Assembly: GCA_020726405.1 (NCBI GenBank)
Contig: DYSB01000003.1
Location: forward strand, 1 to 54,066
DNA from: Acetofilamentum sp.
GTDB lineage: Bacteria; CAIWAD01
Length of the DNA stretch: 54,066 nt
Reading direction: 5' to 3'
The position numbers and the translations under genes are program-made. Below the pieces are notes generated by a model. The model was not told where the DNA came from. It made no database searches and worked only from the letters and a program-made list of their open reading frames with translations. Position 1 is the stretch's first letter. Every line of letters begins with the position of its first letter. This document shows, piece by piece, positions 1 through 8,989 of the stretch.

Positions 1-99
1 AGTGCCAGAGCAGTGCCAGAGCAGTGCCAGAGCAGTGCCAGAGCAGTGCCAGAGCGGTGCCAGAGCAGTGCCAGAGCAGTGCCAGAGCAGTGCCAGAGC
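1..99. repeat. 11-bp tandem repeat (AGTGCCAGAGC) x9, possibly truncated by the window start
   Basis: Nine consecutive 11-mers; copy 6 has an A>G variant; no spacers. Confidence 0.95.
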
Positions 100-105
100 A
101 CTCGC

Positions 106-279
106 TCAACACAGAGACACAGAGACACAGTAATGGACTTTCCTTGGAATGATTTATAATTAAAAGATAATCAGTTCTTCAAGTAATTAGGTACGACGAA
201 ATTCATAAATTGAATAATCAGCGAAATAATTGTTAAACCGACAATAATTCTTCATTGGATAACTGTGCCTCTGTGGTGA
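106..279. repeat. Inverted-repeat-bounded intergenic element (CACAGAG family) with AT-rich core
   Basis: Left arm TCAACACAGAGACACAG, right arm CTGTGCCTCTGTGGTGA; interior much more AT-rich than flanking genes. Confidence 0.7.
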
Positions 280-354
280 TTTCCCCGTCCCCGGCAGCGG
301 TTTACAGGTCGGGGCGCATGCGCCACATTGCCTGCGGCACTGGAAGGAGGCGAG

Positions 355-711
355 ATGAGCGTGATTTGGCGAAGCGTTGGCCTGCTGGCGCTCAGCAACA
401 TCTTCATGACCTTCGCCTGGTACGCCCACCTGAAGAACCTCAGCCACAAGCCTTGGATCGTGGCCGCATTGGTGAGTTGGGGGATCGCGCTGTTCGAGTA
501 CCTGCTGCAGGTGCCGGCCAACCGCATCGGCCACCAGGTGCTCAGCGTACCCCAACTGAAGATCCTCCAAGAGGTCATCACGCTGACGGTCTTCGTGCCC
601 TTCTCGCTGTTCTACCTGAAAGAACCTGTCAAGCTGGACTATCTCTGGGCCGCGCTCTGCATCCTGGGGGCCGTGTTCTTCATGTTCCGCGAGCGGCTGT
701 TCAGCGCCTGA
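355..711 (+). CDS. DMT family small membrane protein (DUF486)
   Basis: SNIFMTFAWYAHLK...SWGIALFEYLLQVPANRIG...QLKILQEVITL signature; AGGAGG RBS before ATG 355. Confidence 0.9.
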   Translation: MSVIWRSVGLLALSNIFMTFAWYAHLKNLSHKPWIVAALVSWGIALFEYLLQVPANRIGHQVLSVPQLKILQEVITLTVFVPFSLFYLKEPVKLDYLWAALCILGAVFFMFRERLFSA

Positions 712-735
712 GGCCGCGCAACTTCCGGAGTCACC

Positions 736-2094
736 ATGCCCGATCTCCACGGACAGGACCTGCTGCTCAGCGGACGTCAGATCTGGCTGGACGGCGCGCT
801 GCGGTCCGCCGAGCTGGAAGTGCGCGCCGGCCGCGTGATCCGCGTCGGCCGGCCGGGCGAGGGAGCGGCCACCGACCTGCCGCGGCTGGAGCTTAAGGAC
901 CTCTGGGTGCTGCCGGGCATGGTGGACACCCAGGTGCATTTCCGCGAGCCCGGTTTCCCCGAGAAGGAAGACCTGGAGAGTGGCAGCCGCGCGGCGGTGG
1001 CCGGCGGGATGACGGCCTTCCTGGAGATGCCCAACACCAAACCCCTCACCATCACGGCGGAGGCGTTGGCTGACAAAGTGACCCGGGCCACGGCGCGCTG
1101 CTGGTGCGACTTCGGCTTCTTCATGGGCGCTTCGCCCGAGAACGTGGAGCAGCTGCCGGAGCTGGAGCGGCTGCCCGGCTGCTGCGGCGTCAAGATCTTC
1201 ATGGGCTCGTCCACGGGCGCGCTGCTGCTGCCCGACGACGACGGCCTGCGGCGGGCCCTCGCCCGCGGTGTCTCACGCGTGTCCGTGCACGCGGAGGACG
1301 AGCCGCGCCTGAAAGCGCTGAAGGCCACCCACCCGGAGGCGGACCACCCGCGCTGGCACCCCGTGCTGCGCGATCCCGAGTGTGCCCGGCTGGCCGTGGC
1401 CCGGCTGCTGGCCGCCTCGGAGGAGACCGGCCGGCCCGTGCACATCCTGCACATGAACAGCGCAGAGGAGATGGACCTGCTGCGCGCCCTGCCTGCGGGC
1501 GTGCTGGGCGGGCGTGTCACGGCGGAGCTGACGCCCCAGCACCTGCTGCTGGCCGCGCCGGACTGCTATGAAAAACTGGGCTCGCGGGTGGTGATGAATC
1601 CGCCGATCCGCGAAGAGCGGCACCGCGCGGCGCTCTGGCAGGCCTTGCAGGCCGGGTTGATCCACGTGCTGGGCAGCGATCACGCCCCGCACACGCGGAC
1701 CCAGAAAGGCGTGCCCTACCCGGGCGCCCCCAGCGGCATGCCGGGCACGGAGACCCTGCTGCCCCTCCTGCTGGATCAGGTACTGCAGGGCGCCATCAGT
1801 CTGGAACGATTGGTGGCCGTGCTGGCGGAAGGTCCTGCCCGCGCGTTCGGGATGGAAGGCAAAGGGCGGATCGAGCCGGGGGCGCGCGGCGATTTCACCG
1901 TGCTGGACCCGGCTGCCGAGTGGATCGTGGACGATGGCGGACTGCAGAGCCGCTGTGGCTGGAGTCCGTTCCACGGCCGCCGGCTGCGCGGTCGGGTGAG
2001 TCGCACCATCATCCGTGGACGCGTGGTCTATGCGGAGGGCGCGCTGCTGGGGCCACCCCGGGGCCGCGCGCTGGAATTCGCCCACGCCCGTTGA
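736..2094 (+). CDS. pyrC: Dihydroorotase (cyclic amidohydrolase family)
   Basis: PGMVDTQVHFREPG, EMPNT, GVKIFMGSSTG, HAED, MNPPIR, GSDHAPH, PSGMPG motifs. Confidence 0.85.
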   Translation: MPDLHGQDLLLSGRQIWLDGALRSAELEVRAGRVIRVGRPGEGAATDLPRLELKDLWVLPGMVDTQVHFREPGFPEKEDLESGSRAAVAGGMTAFLEMPNTKPLTITAEALADKVTRATARCWCDFGFFMGASPENVEQLPELERLPGCCGVKIFMGSSTGALLLPDDDGLRRALARGVSRVSVHAEDEPRLKALKATHPEADHPRWHPVLRDPECARLAVARLLAASEETGRPVHILHMNSAEEMDLLRALPAGVLGGRVTAELTPQHLLLAAPDCYEKLGSRVVMNPPIREERHRAALWQALQAGLIHVLGSDHAPHTRTQKGVPYPGAPSGMPGTETLLPLLLDQVLQGAISLERLVAVLAEGPARAFGMEGKGRIEPGARGDFTVLDPAAEWIVDDGGLQSRCGWSPFHGRRLRGRVSRTIIRGRVVYAEGALLGPPRGRALEFAHAR

Positions 2095-2187
2095 TGCAGT
2101 GCAACATTCCGCTCCGTTGTCCGTTGTTCTGAGAGGTCGGTTCCGCAGGGCGCGGAGCTGGCCTACACCGCCTGTCCGGGAGTCCAC

Positions 2188-4566
2188 ATGTCCAAGCTTT
2201 CCCTTCTCTTCATTCTGCTGTTGACCGGCGCCACCGCCGCACCCGCCGCGCTGGAGCCGCCCGCGCACCCGCTGTTCACCGGGGACGCCGTCCACGAGAT
2301 CCAGCTGGACTTCCCCCAGCCCGACTGGTGGGAGCAGCTCACCTTCAATTTCGAGACCTACGAGGATCCGCCGGATATCCCGGCCACGTTTAGCTGGAAC
2401 GGCACGGTGCTGGATTCCGTGGGCGTGCGGTTCAAGGGCAACAGCAGCTACTGGAGCTACTACGGGCCGAAGAAGTCCTTCAAGCTGGATCTGAATTCCT
2501 TCCTCTCCGGACAAGAGCTGGCCGGCCTGGACAAGCTGAGCCTCAACAACTGCTTCCTGGACCCCAGCTATCTGCGGGAGAAGTGCGCCTATGAAGTGTG
2601 TGCCGCCGCAGGCCTGCCGACGGGGCGGAGCAATTTCGCCGCCCTCTATCTCAACGGGCAGTACTGGGGCCTCTACTTGCTGGTGGAGCAGGTGGACCAG
2701 GAGTTCATCGAGAGCCGCTTCGGCGCAGGCGAGGCGGGCAATCTGTGGAAGGGCGACCCCCACGGCACGCTGGAGTTCCAGGGGACGGATCCCGCCGCCT
2801 ATCAAGACGACTACGAGTTGAAGACCAACGAGGAAGAGAACGACTGGTCGGCGCTGGTGGATTTCACGGCGGCCTTGGGCAGCACGCCGACGGCAGCGCT
2901 GCGGGACAGCCTGCACAACCGCGTGGACATCAGCTCCGCCCTGGCCATGCTGGCCGTGGACAACCTGCTGGTCAACCTGGACTCCTACCTGGGCAGCGGG
3001 CACAACTTCTACCTGTATCACCGCGACCTGGACAGCCGGATGGTCTTCATTCCCTGGGACTTGAACGAGGCCTGGGGCGTCTTCAACATGGGGCTTGGTC
3101 TCACGCAGCTGCGGCAACTGAATCCACACTGGCTGCCCGGCGGCCAGCCGCGACCGCTGGCGGCGCGGCCCTGGCAGTTGTCGGAACTGGACCAGGTCTA
3201 TCTGGGCCATCTGCGCCGGTTGATGGCCGGCCCGGCTCAGCCGGACACGCTGCTGGCCCGCATGGAGGCCTTGCACGAGCTGGTCCGGCCCTGGGCCCTG
3301 GCGGACACGAACACCATGTTCACGAACGCCCAGTTTGAGGCTTCGCTGGAATCCGACCTCAACGCCCCGGGTGGTCCGCCACCGGGCCGGCTGATACCCG
3401 GCCTGCGCTCCTTCATCACGAGGCGGGACAGTTGGCTGCGCCAGCAGATCGGCTCCTGGAGCCCCATCGGCCAACTGGTGCTGAACGAGGTTCTGGCTGA
3501 CAACGGCGGCACGCTGGCGGACGAGGCCGGCGACTTCGACGACTGGATCGAGGTGCTCAACGCGGGCCCGACGCCGCTGCATCTGGCGGGCCTGCAGCTC
3601 ACGGACCACTGGGAGGGCGAGGCGGATTTCAGCTTCCCGGACCTTCTGCTGGAGCCGGGCGAACGCGTGCTGGTGTGGGCCGACGAGGAGCCCGGCGAGG
3701 GGCTGCTCCACGCACCCTTCAAGCTGGACGCCGATGGCGAAGGGCTCTATCTAGTGCAGGACGGATCCATCCTGCAGCAGGTGGACTGGCCCGCCGTGGG
3801 CGAGGATCAGGCCTGGGGGCGCTGGCCGGACGGCACGGGCGCCTGGACCCGACTGAGCGTGGCCACTCCTGAGGCGGAGAACCAGAACCCCAGCGGCGGC
3901 ACTGACCCTGTGTTGGTCCTGAACGAATTTCTCGCTTCCAACGACGGCGGGCTGCCGGACGAGACCGGCACGCCCGAGGACTGGCTGGAGTTGTTCAATC
4001 CAGGTTCGGCGGCCGTGGAGCTGGGCGGGCTGTATCTGACGGACGATCTGACCCGCCCCACCCAATGGGTCCTGCCCGACACCAGCCTGGCTGCCGGCGG
4101 TTTCCTGCTGGTGTGGTGCGACGACGATCCCCAGGACGGCCCGTTGCACGCCACGTTCAAGCTCAGCGCCGGCGGGGAGGAGATCGGACTGTTCGGGCGG
4201 CTGGAAGCCGGCAACCACGCCCTGGACACCCACGAGTTCGGGCCGCAGCTGACAGACCAGAGCGAAGGCCGGCTGCCGGATGGCATGGGTGCCTGGTCGG
4301 CGCTCTTCGTCCCCAGCCCGGGCGCGCCCAACCTCTCCGCTGTGACGGATCTGGCCATCGACTATGCCTCTGCCACGGGCCAAGTCACACTGGGTTGGAG
4401 TACCGTGCCCGGTGCGCTCACCTATGCCGTGCTGGCGACGGAGGACCTGACGGCGCCCTTCCCGGAGGGTTGGACCCGCCTGGCGGAGGGCCTGTCGGAG
4501 CCCGGCTGGAGCGGTCCGGCCGGGTCGGGGCGGCGCCTCTACCGGGTGGTGGCCGTCACGCCCTGA
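2188..4566 (+). CDS. Secreted CotH kinase family protein with two lamin-tail domains
   Basis: Signal peptide; VGVRFKGNSS, KKSFKLD, GLYLLVEQVD, HNFYLY, IPWDLNEAW; two LNE..A.N....DE.G...DW.E..N repeats. Confidence 0.85.
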   Translation: MSKLSLLFILLLTGATAAPAALEPPAHPLFTGDAVHEIQLDFPQPDWWEQLTFNFETYEDPPDIPATFSWNGTVLDSVGVRFKGNSSYWSYYGPKKSFKLDLNSFLSGQELAGLDKLSLNNCFLDPSYLREKCAYEVCAAAGLPTGRSNFAALYLNGQYWGLYLLVEQVDQEFIESRFGAGEAGNLWKGDPHGTLEFQGTDPAAYQDDYELKTNEEENDWSALVDFTAALGSTPTAALRDSLHNRVDISSALAMLAVDNLLVNLDSYLGSGHNFYLYHRDLDSRMVFIPWDLNEAWGVFNMGLGLTQLRQLNPHWLPGGQPRPLAARPWQLSELDQVYLGHLRRLMAGPAQPDTLLARMEALHELVRPWALADTNTMFTNAQFEASLESDLNAPGGPPPGRLIPGLRSFITRRDSWLRQQIGSWSPIGQLVLNEVLADNGGTLADEAGDFDDWIEVLNAGPTPLHLAGLQLTDHWEGEADFSFPDLLLEPGERVLVWADEEPGEGLLHAPFKLDADGEGLYLVQDGSILQQVDWPAVGEDQAWGRWPDGTGAWTRLSVATPEAENQNPSGGTDPVLVLNEFLASNDGGLPDETGTPEDWLELFNPGSAAVELGGLYLTDDLTRPTQWVLPDTSLAAGGFLLVWCDDDPQDGPLHATFKLSAGGEEIGLFGRLEAGNHALDTHEFGPQLTDQSEGRLPDGMGAWSALFVPSPGAPNLSAVTDLAIDYASATGQVTLGWSTVPGALTYAVLATEDLTAPFPEGWTRLAEGLSEPGWSGPAGSGRRLYRVVAVTP

Positions 4567-4659
4567 GCTGGCGGCGCGCTTTGTAGATTGACTCCCGAAG
4601 CGGGTCCCGCGCGAAGTGGGGCCCGCACGGAGCGCGGTCCCACAGACGGGAGACGGATC

Positions 4660-6519
4660 ATGACCGAGCTGTTGCAACGCAACGAGATATTCCAGGTGCT
4701 CACACCCGAGGAAGCCGTGCTGCTGGCCGGCCTGCTGAAGGAGGAGCGCCTGCACGCTGGCGACGTGGTCTTCCGGCAGGGTGAGAAGCGCCGGCGCCTG
4801 ATTCTGGTGCAGAGCGGGGCCATCCGGGTGAGCGAGCGCACGCCCCGGGGCGAGCAGGTGCTGGTCACGTACCACGCCGGCCATTTCCTTGGCGAGGCGG
4901 CGCTGCTGGACGACACGCCGCACAGCACCACGGCGACGGCCGCGCTGGATTCGGTGCTGCTCACGCTGGAGCGCGGGCGCTTCCAGAAGTTCCTGGAGGA
5001 GCATCCGCAGTTGGCCGCCCGGGTGCTGGGGCAGGTGGCCCGCGTGGTGTTCGGGCGGATGAAGCTCGGGCTGGCTGCGGCGGGCGGAGCCGCCCAGTAC
5101 CGCACCGGTGCCGTGCGCGTGGAGCACGACCTGTTGGGGGACCGCGAGGTGCCGCGCGACGTGTATTACGGCGTGCAGACCCTGCGGGCGCTGGAGAATT
5201 TCGACATCACGGGGATTCCCCTGCACCATTTCCCTTTCTTCATCAAGGCGCTGGCCATGGTGAAGAAGGCCGCGGCCCAGGCCAACACGAGGCTGGGCCT
5301 GCTGCCGGAGGACCTCTCCACTGCAATCCAGCAGGCCTGCGACGAGATCATCGACGGCCAGCTCCACAACCAGTTCGTGGTGGACATGGTGCAGGGCGGG
5401 GCGGGCACCAGCACCAACATGAATGCCAACGAGGTGATCGCCAACCGCGCGCTGGAACTGCTGGGCGAGGAGATGGGCTGTCACACGCGCCTGCATCCCA
5501 ACGACCACGTCAACCTCTCCCAGAGCACCAACGACGCCTATCCCACCGCCATCCACCTGGCCATGCTGCTCAGCGTGCGGCCCCTGGTCTCGGAGATGGA
5601 GGAACTGGTGGAGGCCCTGCGGGTCAAGGCGCGGGAGTTCTCGCGGGTCATCAAGATGGGCCGCACCCAGCTCCAGGATGCCGTGCCCATGACCCTGGGC
5701 CAGGAATTCGCCGCCTGGGCCCAGTCCGTGGAAGAGGACATCGACCGCCTGAAGGAGAACGCCCTGCTCTTCCTGGAAGTGAATCTGGGCGGCACGGCCA
5801 TCGGCACGGGCATCTGCGCCGACCCCTCCTATCCGCGCGAGGCCATCAAGGCCTTGCGCCGGGTCTCGGGCTTCGAGTTCATCCTGGCCAAGGATCTGGT
5901 GGAGGCCTCCAGCGACACGGGCAGCCTGCTGATCTTCAGCGGCATCCTGAAGCGCGTGGCCGTCAAGACCAGCAAGATCTGCAACGACCTGCGCCTGCTC
6001 TCCAGCGGCCCGCGCTGCGGCTTCGGGGAGATCAACCTGCCGGCGCGCCAGCCGGGCAGCAGCATCATGCCCGGCAAGGTCAACCCGGTGATCCCCGAGG
6101 TGATGAACCAGGTGGCCTTCCAGGTCATCGGCAATGACCTGACGGTGACCATGGCCGCCGAGGCGGGCCAGCTGGAGCTGAACGTGATGGAGCCGGTCAT
6201 CGTGTTCAACCTGTTCCAGAGCATGAGCATGCTCGAACGGGGTTTCCGCACGCTACGCCGCTTCTGCGTGGAAGGGATCACGGCCAACGAGGAGCGCTGC
6301 CGCAGTCTGGTGGACAGTTCCATCGGGATCGTCACGGCCTTGCTCCCCTGGATCGGCTACACGGCGGCCACCACGGTAGCGCGGCGGGCGCTGGAGTCGG
6401 GCATTCCGGTGCGCGACATCGTGCTGGAGATGGGTCTGCTCTCCCCGGCGGAGCTGGAGGACGTGCTGCAGCCCGAGCGCATGGTGGCCCCGGTGCGGCT
6501 CTCGGCTGATCGCGGCTGA
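4660..6519 (+). CDS. aspA: Aspartate ammonia-lyase with N-terminal cyclic-nucleotide-binding domain
   Basis: N-terminal VFRQGE...GHFLGEAALLDDTPHSTTATA; then YYGVQTLRA, QGGAGTSTNMNANEV, KMGRTQLQDA, GSSIMPGKVNP. Confidence 0.9.
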   Translation: MTELLQRNEIFQVLTPEEAVLLAGLLKEERLHAGDVVFRQGEKRRRLILVQSGAIRVSERTPRGEQVLVTYHAGHFLGEAALLDDTPHSTTATAALDSVLLTLERGRFQKFLEEHPQLAARVLGQVARVVFGRMKLGLAAAGGAAQYRTGAVRVEHDLLGDREVPRDVYYGVQTLRALENFDITGIPLHHFPFFIKALAMVKKAAAQANTRLGLLPEDLSTAIQQACDEIIDGQLHNQFVVDMVQGGAGTSTNMNANEVIANRALELLGEEMGCHTRLHPNDHVNLSQSTNDAYPTAIHLAMLLSVRPLVSEMEELVEALRVKAREFSRVIKMGRTQLQDAVPMTLGQEFAAWAQSVEEDIDRLKENALLFLEVNLGGTAIGTGICADPSYPREAIKALRRVSGFEFILAKDLVEASSDTGSLLIFSGILKRVAVKTSKICNDLRLLSSGPRCGFGEINLPARQPGSSIMPGKVNPVIPEVMNQVAFQVIGNDLTVTMAAEAGQLELNVMEPVIVFNLFQSMSMLERGFRTLRRFCVEGITANEERCRSLVDSSIGIVTALLPWIGYTAATTVARRALESGIPVRDIVLEMGLLSPAELEDVLQPERMVAPVRLSADRG

Positions 6520-6537
6520 TCACTCTCGTGCAGGATC

Positions 6538-6645
6538 TCAACACAGAGGCACGGAGGCACAGAGACGGAATTGGATATAGCGGGCCGCTGATGGCGGGTT
6601 CCTGGTCAATCCAATTTTATCTTTGTGTCTCTGTGATTCTTTGGT
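6538..6645. repeat. Inverted-repeat intergenic element (CACAGAG family)
   Basis: CAACACAGAGGCACGGAGGCACAGAG..AATTGGAT / ATCCAATT..CTTTGTGTCTCTGTG. Confidence 0.75.
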
Positions 6646-6721
6646 CCCCTCTCCGCGGGGCGCAGGTTGCACCCGGGCCGGGATTGTTCGATTTTTGGGC
6701 GGTCACACAAGGAAACTCTTC

Positions 6722-7315
6722 ATGACCCTCGCCAACTGGCTGACCTCCGTGCGTCTGCTGCTCAGCCCCGTGTTCGTCCTCGTCTTTCTTCAGGAGGGAC
6801 TGTGGGCGCGCATCATGGCGCTGGCCATCGTGGTGGTGTCGGAGTTGACGGACGCCTTCGACGGCCACCTGGCCCGCTCCCGGGGCGAGGTGACGGATTT
6901 CGGCAAGCTGTTGGATCCCCTGGCCGACTCCGTCAGCCGGATCAGCGTATTCGTGGCTTTCCTGGTGCAGGGCCTGATTCCCTGGTGGATGCTGGTGGTC
7001 TTCATCTACCGGGACAGCCTGATCAGCACCATGCGCACGGTCTGCGCCTACCGCGGCGAAGTGGTGGCCGCGCGCTCCAGCGGCAAAATCAAAGCTATCA
7101 TCCAGGCCACGGCGATCATCGCCATTCTGGTGGGCCGCAGCGCCAGCGCGCTGTTTCCCGCCCTGCTGCCCGAGCCCCTGCTGAACCAGATCGCCTGGTG
7201 GCTGGTGCTGGTGGCGGCTGTCTACACCTTCTACTCCCTCTACGAGTACCTCTCCGCCAACTGGGACATTGTCTCCAGCGCCGGGCGCGGCAAGCCGAGG
7301 CGCGAGACGGCGTGA
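6722..7315 (+). CDS. pgsA: CDP-diacylglycerol--glycerol-3-phosphate 3-phosphatidyltransferase
   Basis: ANWLTSVR, TDAFDGHLARSRGEVTDFGKLLDPLAD CDP-alcohol motif, GKIKA. Confidence 0.9.
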   Translation: MTLANWLTSVRLLLSPVFVLVFLQEGLWARIMALAIVVVSELTDAFDGHLARSRGEVTDFGKLLDPLADSVSRISVFVAFLVQGLIPWWMLVVFIYRDSLISTMRTVCAYRGEVVAARSSGKIKAIIQATAIIAILVGRSASALFPALLPEPLLNQIAWWLVLVAAVYTFYSLYEYLSANWDIVSSAGRGKPRRETA

Positions 7316-8121
7316 CCGGGCGCCTGAAACCCCTGGCCCTCTGGCCGGGGGAGCTGGCCCGCGGGCTCAAGGTCCTGTTCACCGACATCGACGACACCGT
7401 TTCCAGCGAGGGTCGCATTCCGGCGGAGGCCTATGCCGCGCTCTGGCAGGCCCGGGAGTGCGGGCTTAAGGTGGTTCCCGTCACCGGCCGGCCGGCGGGC
7501 TGGTGCGACCTGATCGGTCGCATGTGGCCCGTGGACGGTGTGATCGGTGAGAACGGCGGCCTGGTCTTTCGGATGGAACACGGCCGTCTGGCCCACCATT
7601 TCCTCTACGACGACGCCACCCGGGCCGGCTTCCGAGCCGCCCTGGCGGATGTGCAGGCGGACATCCTGCGCCGGGTGCCGGGCGCGGGCATCGCCAGCGA
7701 CCAGGCCTACCGCGAGTACGACCTGGCCGTGGATTTCTGCGAGGACGTGCCGCGGCTGCCCCTGGCGGAGGCCCAGCGCATCCAGGCCATTTTCGAGGAG
7801 CACGGCGCCACGGCCAAGATCAGCTCCATCCACGTGAACGGCTGGTTCGGGGATTTCGACAAGGTGCGCGCCGCGCGCGCCTATCTGCGGGACTTCCTGG
7901 ATCTGGATCCCGAGCGGGACCGCGAGTGCTGCGCGTTCAGCGGGGACAGCCCCAACGACGAGCCCATGTTCGGCTGGCTGGAAGAGACCAGCGTGGGGGT
8001 GGCCAACCTGCGCGACTTCCTGCAGCTGGTCAAGCGCCAGCCAGCCTTCCTCACCCAAGCCCGCAGCGGTGCGGGCTTCGCCGAATTCGTCGCGCGGCTG
8101 GTGGAGCTGCGCTCGGCCTGA
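7312..8121 (+). CDS. HAD-IIB family hydrolase
   Basis: FTDIDDT, VTGRP, ENGG, SSIHVNGW, GDSPND motifs; GTGA overlap with pgsA. Confidence 0.85.
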   Translation: MTGRLKPLALWPGELARGLKVLFTDIDDTVSSEGRIPAEAYAALWQARECGLKVVPVTGRPAGWCDLIGRMWPVDGVIGENGGLVFRMEHGRLAHHFLYDDATRAGFRAALADVQADILRRVPGAGIASDQAYREYDLAVDFCEDVPRLPLAEAQRIQAIFEEHGATAKISSIHVNGWFGDFDKVRAARAYLRDFLDLDPERDRECCAFSGDSPNDEPMFGWLEETSVGVANLRDFLQLVKRQPAFLTQARSGAGFAEFVARLVELRSA

Positions 8122-8134
8122 ATCTCCGGATTCT

Positions 8135-8231
8135 CACGAAGACACCAAGACTCAAAGACACACAGGGTGAGATAGAGGAGTCAAGTCGTCATTCTTGCCC
8201 AGAGGGTTCTTTGAGTCTTCGAGTCTTCGTG
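8135..8231. repeat. Inverted-repeat intergenic element (CACGAAG variant) between convergent genes
   Basis: CACGAAGACACCAAGACTCAAAGA / TCTTTGAGTCTTCGAGTCTTCGTG. Confidence 0.75.
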
Positions 8232-8251
8232 CTACAAGGATCATCGGTGGG

Positions 8252-8989
8252 TCAGGGGGCGAGGTCGCCCAGGAAGGCGGGGCCGCCCAGTTGGGACATC
8301 TGGCCCTGGATCCAGGCGCTGCGCTCCTGCATGTAGGGTCCCGGGCGTGCCGCCGAGTACCGGCGCGGCGAGGGCAACACGGCGGCCAGCCGCGCAGCCT
8401 GTGAGCGGGTAACGCGATCGGGACGGGTGCGCAGCAGGTGGCGCGAGGCCGCGCCCACACCGTAGACGCCGTCGCCGAACTGGGCGATGTTGAGATAGAC
8501 CTCCAGGATCCGCCGTTTGGGCCAGGTCACTTCCAGCAGCACGGTGATCCCGGCCTCCAGCCCCTTGCGCAGCCAATTGCGTCCCGGCCAGAGGAAGAGA
8601 TTCTTGGCCACCTGCTGGCTCAGCGTGCTAGCCCCGCGGATCCGGCGGCTGCGTCCGTTGTGTTGCAGGGCCTTGCCGATGGACTCCAGATCAAAACCCC
8701 AGTGGTCGGGGAAGCGTTGATCCTCGGCGGCGATCACGGCCAGGGGCAGCTGGGCTGACATGTCATCCAGGTCCACCCACTGGTAACGCAGCGGCGGGGC
8801 GTCCTCCCGGAACAGGCCCTCCACCCGGCGCTGGAGCATGACGGAGCTGGTGGGCGGCGGGGCCCAGCGCAGCACCAGCACGAGCAGCAGCAACAGGGCC
8901 GTCAGGGCGCCCAGCACGTAGAGAGTCCGGCGCAGCCAGAGCCGCGCCCAGGCCAGCCGTCCGCCGGCCGGCTTCCGCTCTTGTCTCAC
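8252..8989 (-). CDS. mtgA: Monofunctional biosynthetic peptidoglycan transglycosylase
   Basis: AAEDQRFPDHWGFD, RGASTLSQQVAKNLFLW, RKGLEA, KRRILEVYLN; GTG start overlaps the upstream stop. Confidence 0.92.
   Translation of the reverse strand: MRQERKPAGGRLAWARLWLRRTLYVLGALTALLLLLVLVLRWAPPPTSSVMLQRRVEGLFREDAPPLRYQWVDLDDMSAQLPLAVIAAEDQRFPDHWGFDLESIGKALQHNGRSRRIRGASTLSQQVAKNLFLWPGRNWLRKGLEAGITVLLEVTWPKRRILEVYLNIAQFGDGVYGVGAASRHLLRTRPDRVTRSQAARLAAVLPSPRRYSAARPGPYMQERSAWIQGQMSQLGGPAFLGDLAP

Noticed and set aside
1-99. CRISPR array
   Set aside because: 11-bp head-to-tail units with no spacers and no cas genes.
919-945. Q replacing the first His in the dihydroorotase DxHxH motif as a sign of inactivation
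   Set aside because: DxQVHFREPG occurs in a known subfamily, and the other active-site motifs are intact.
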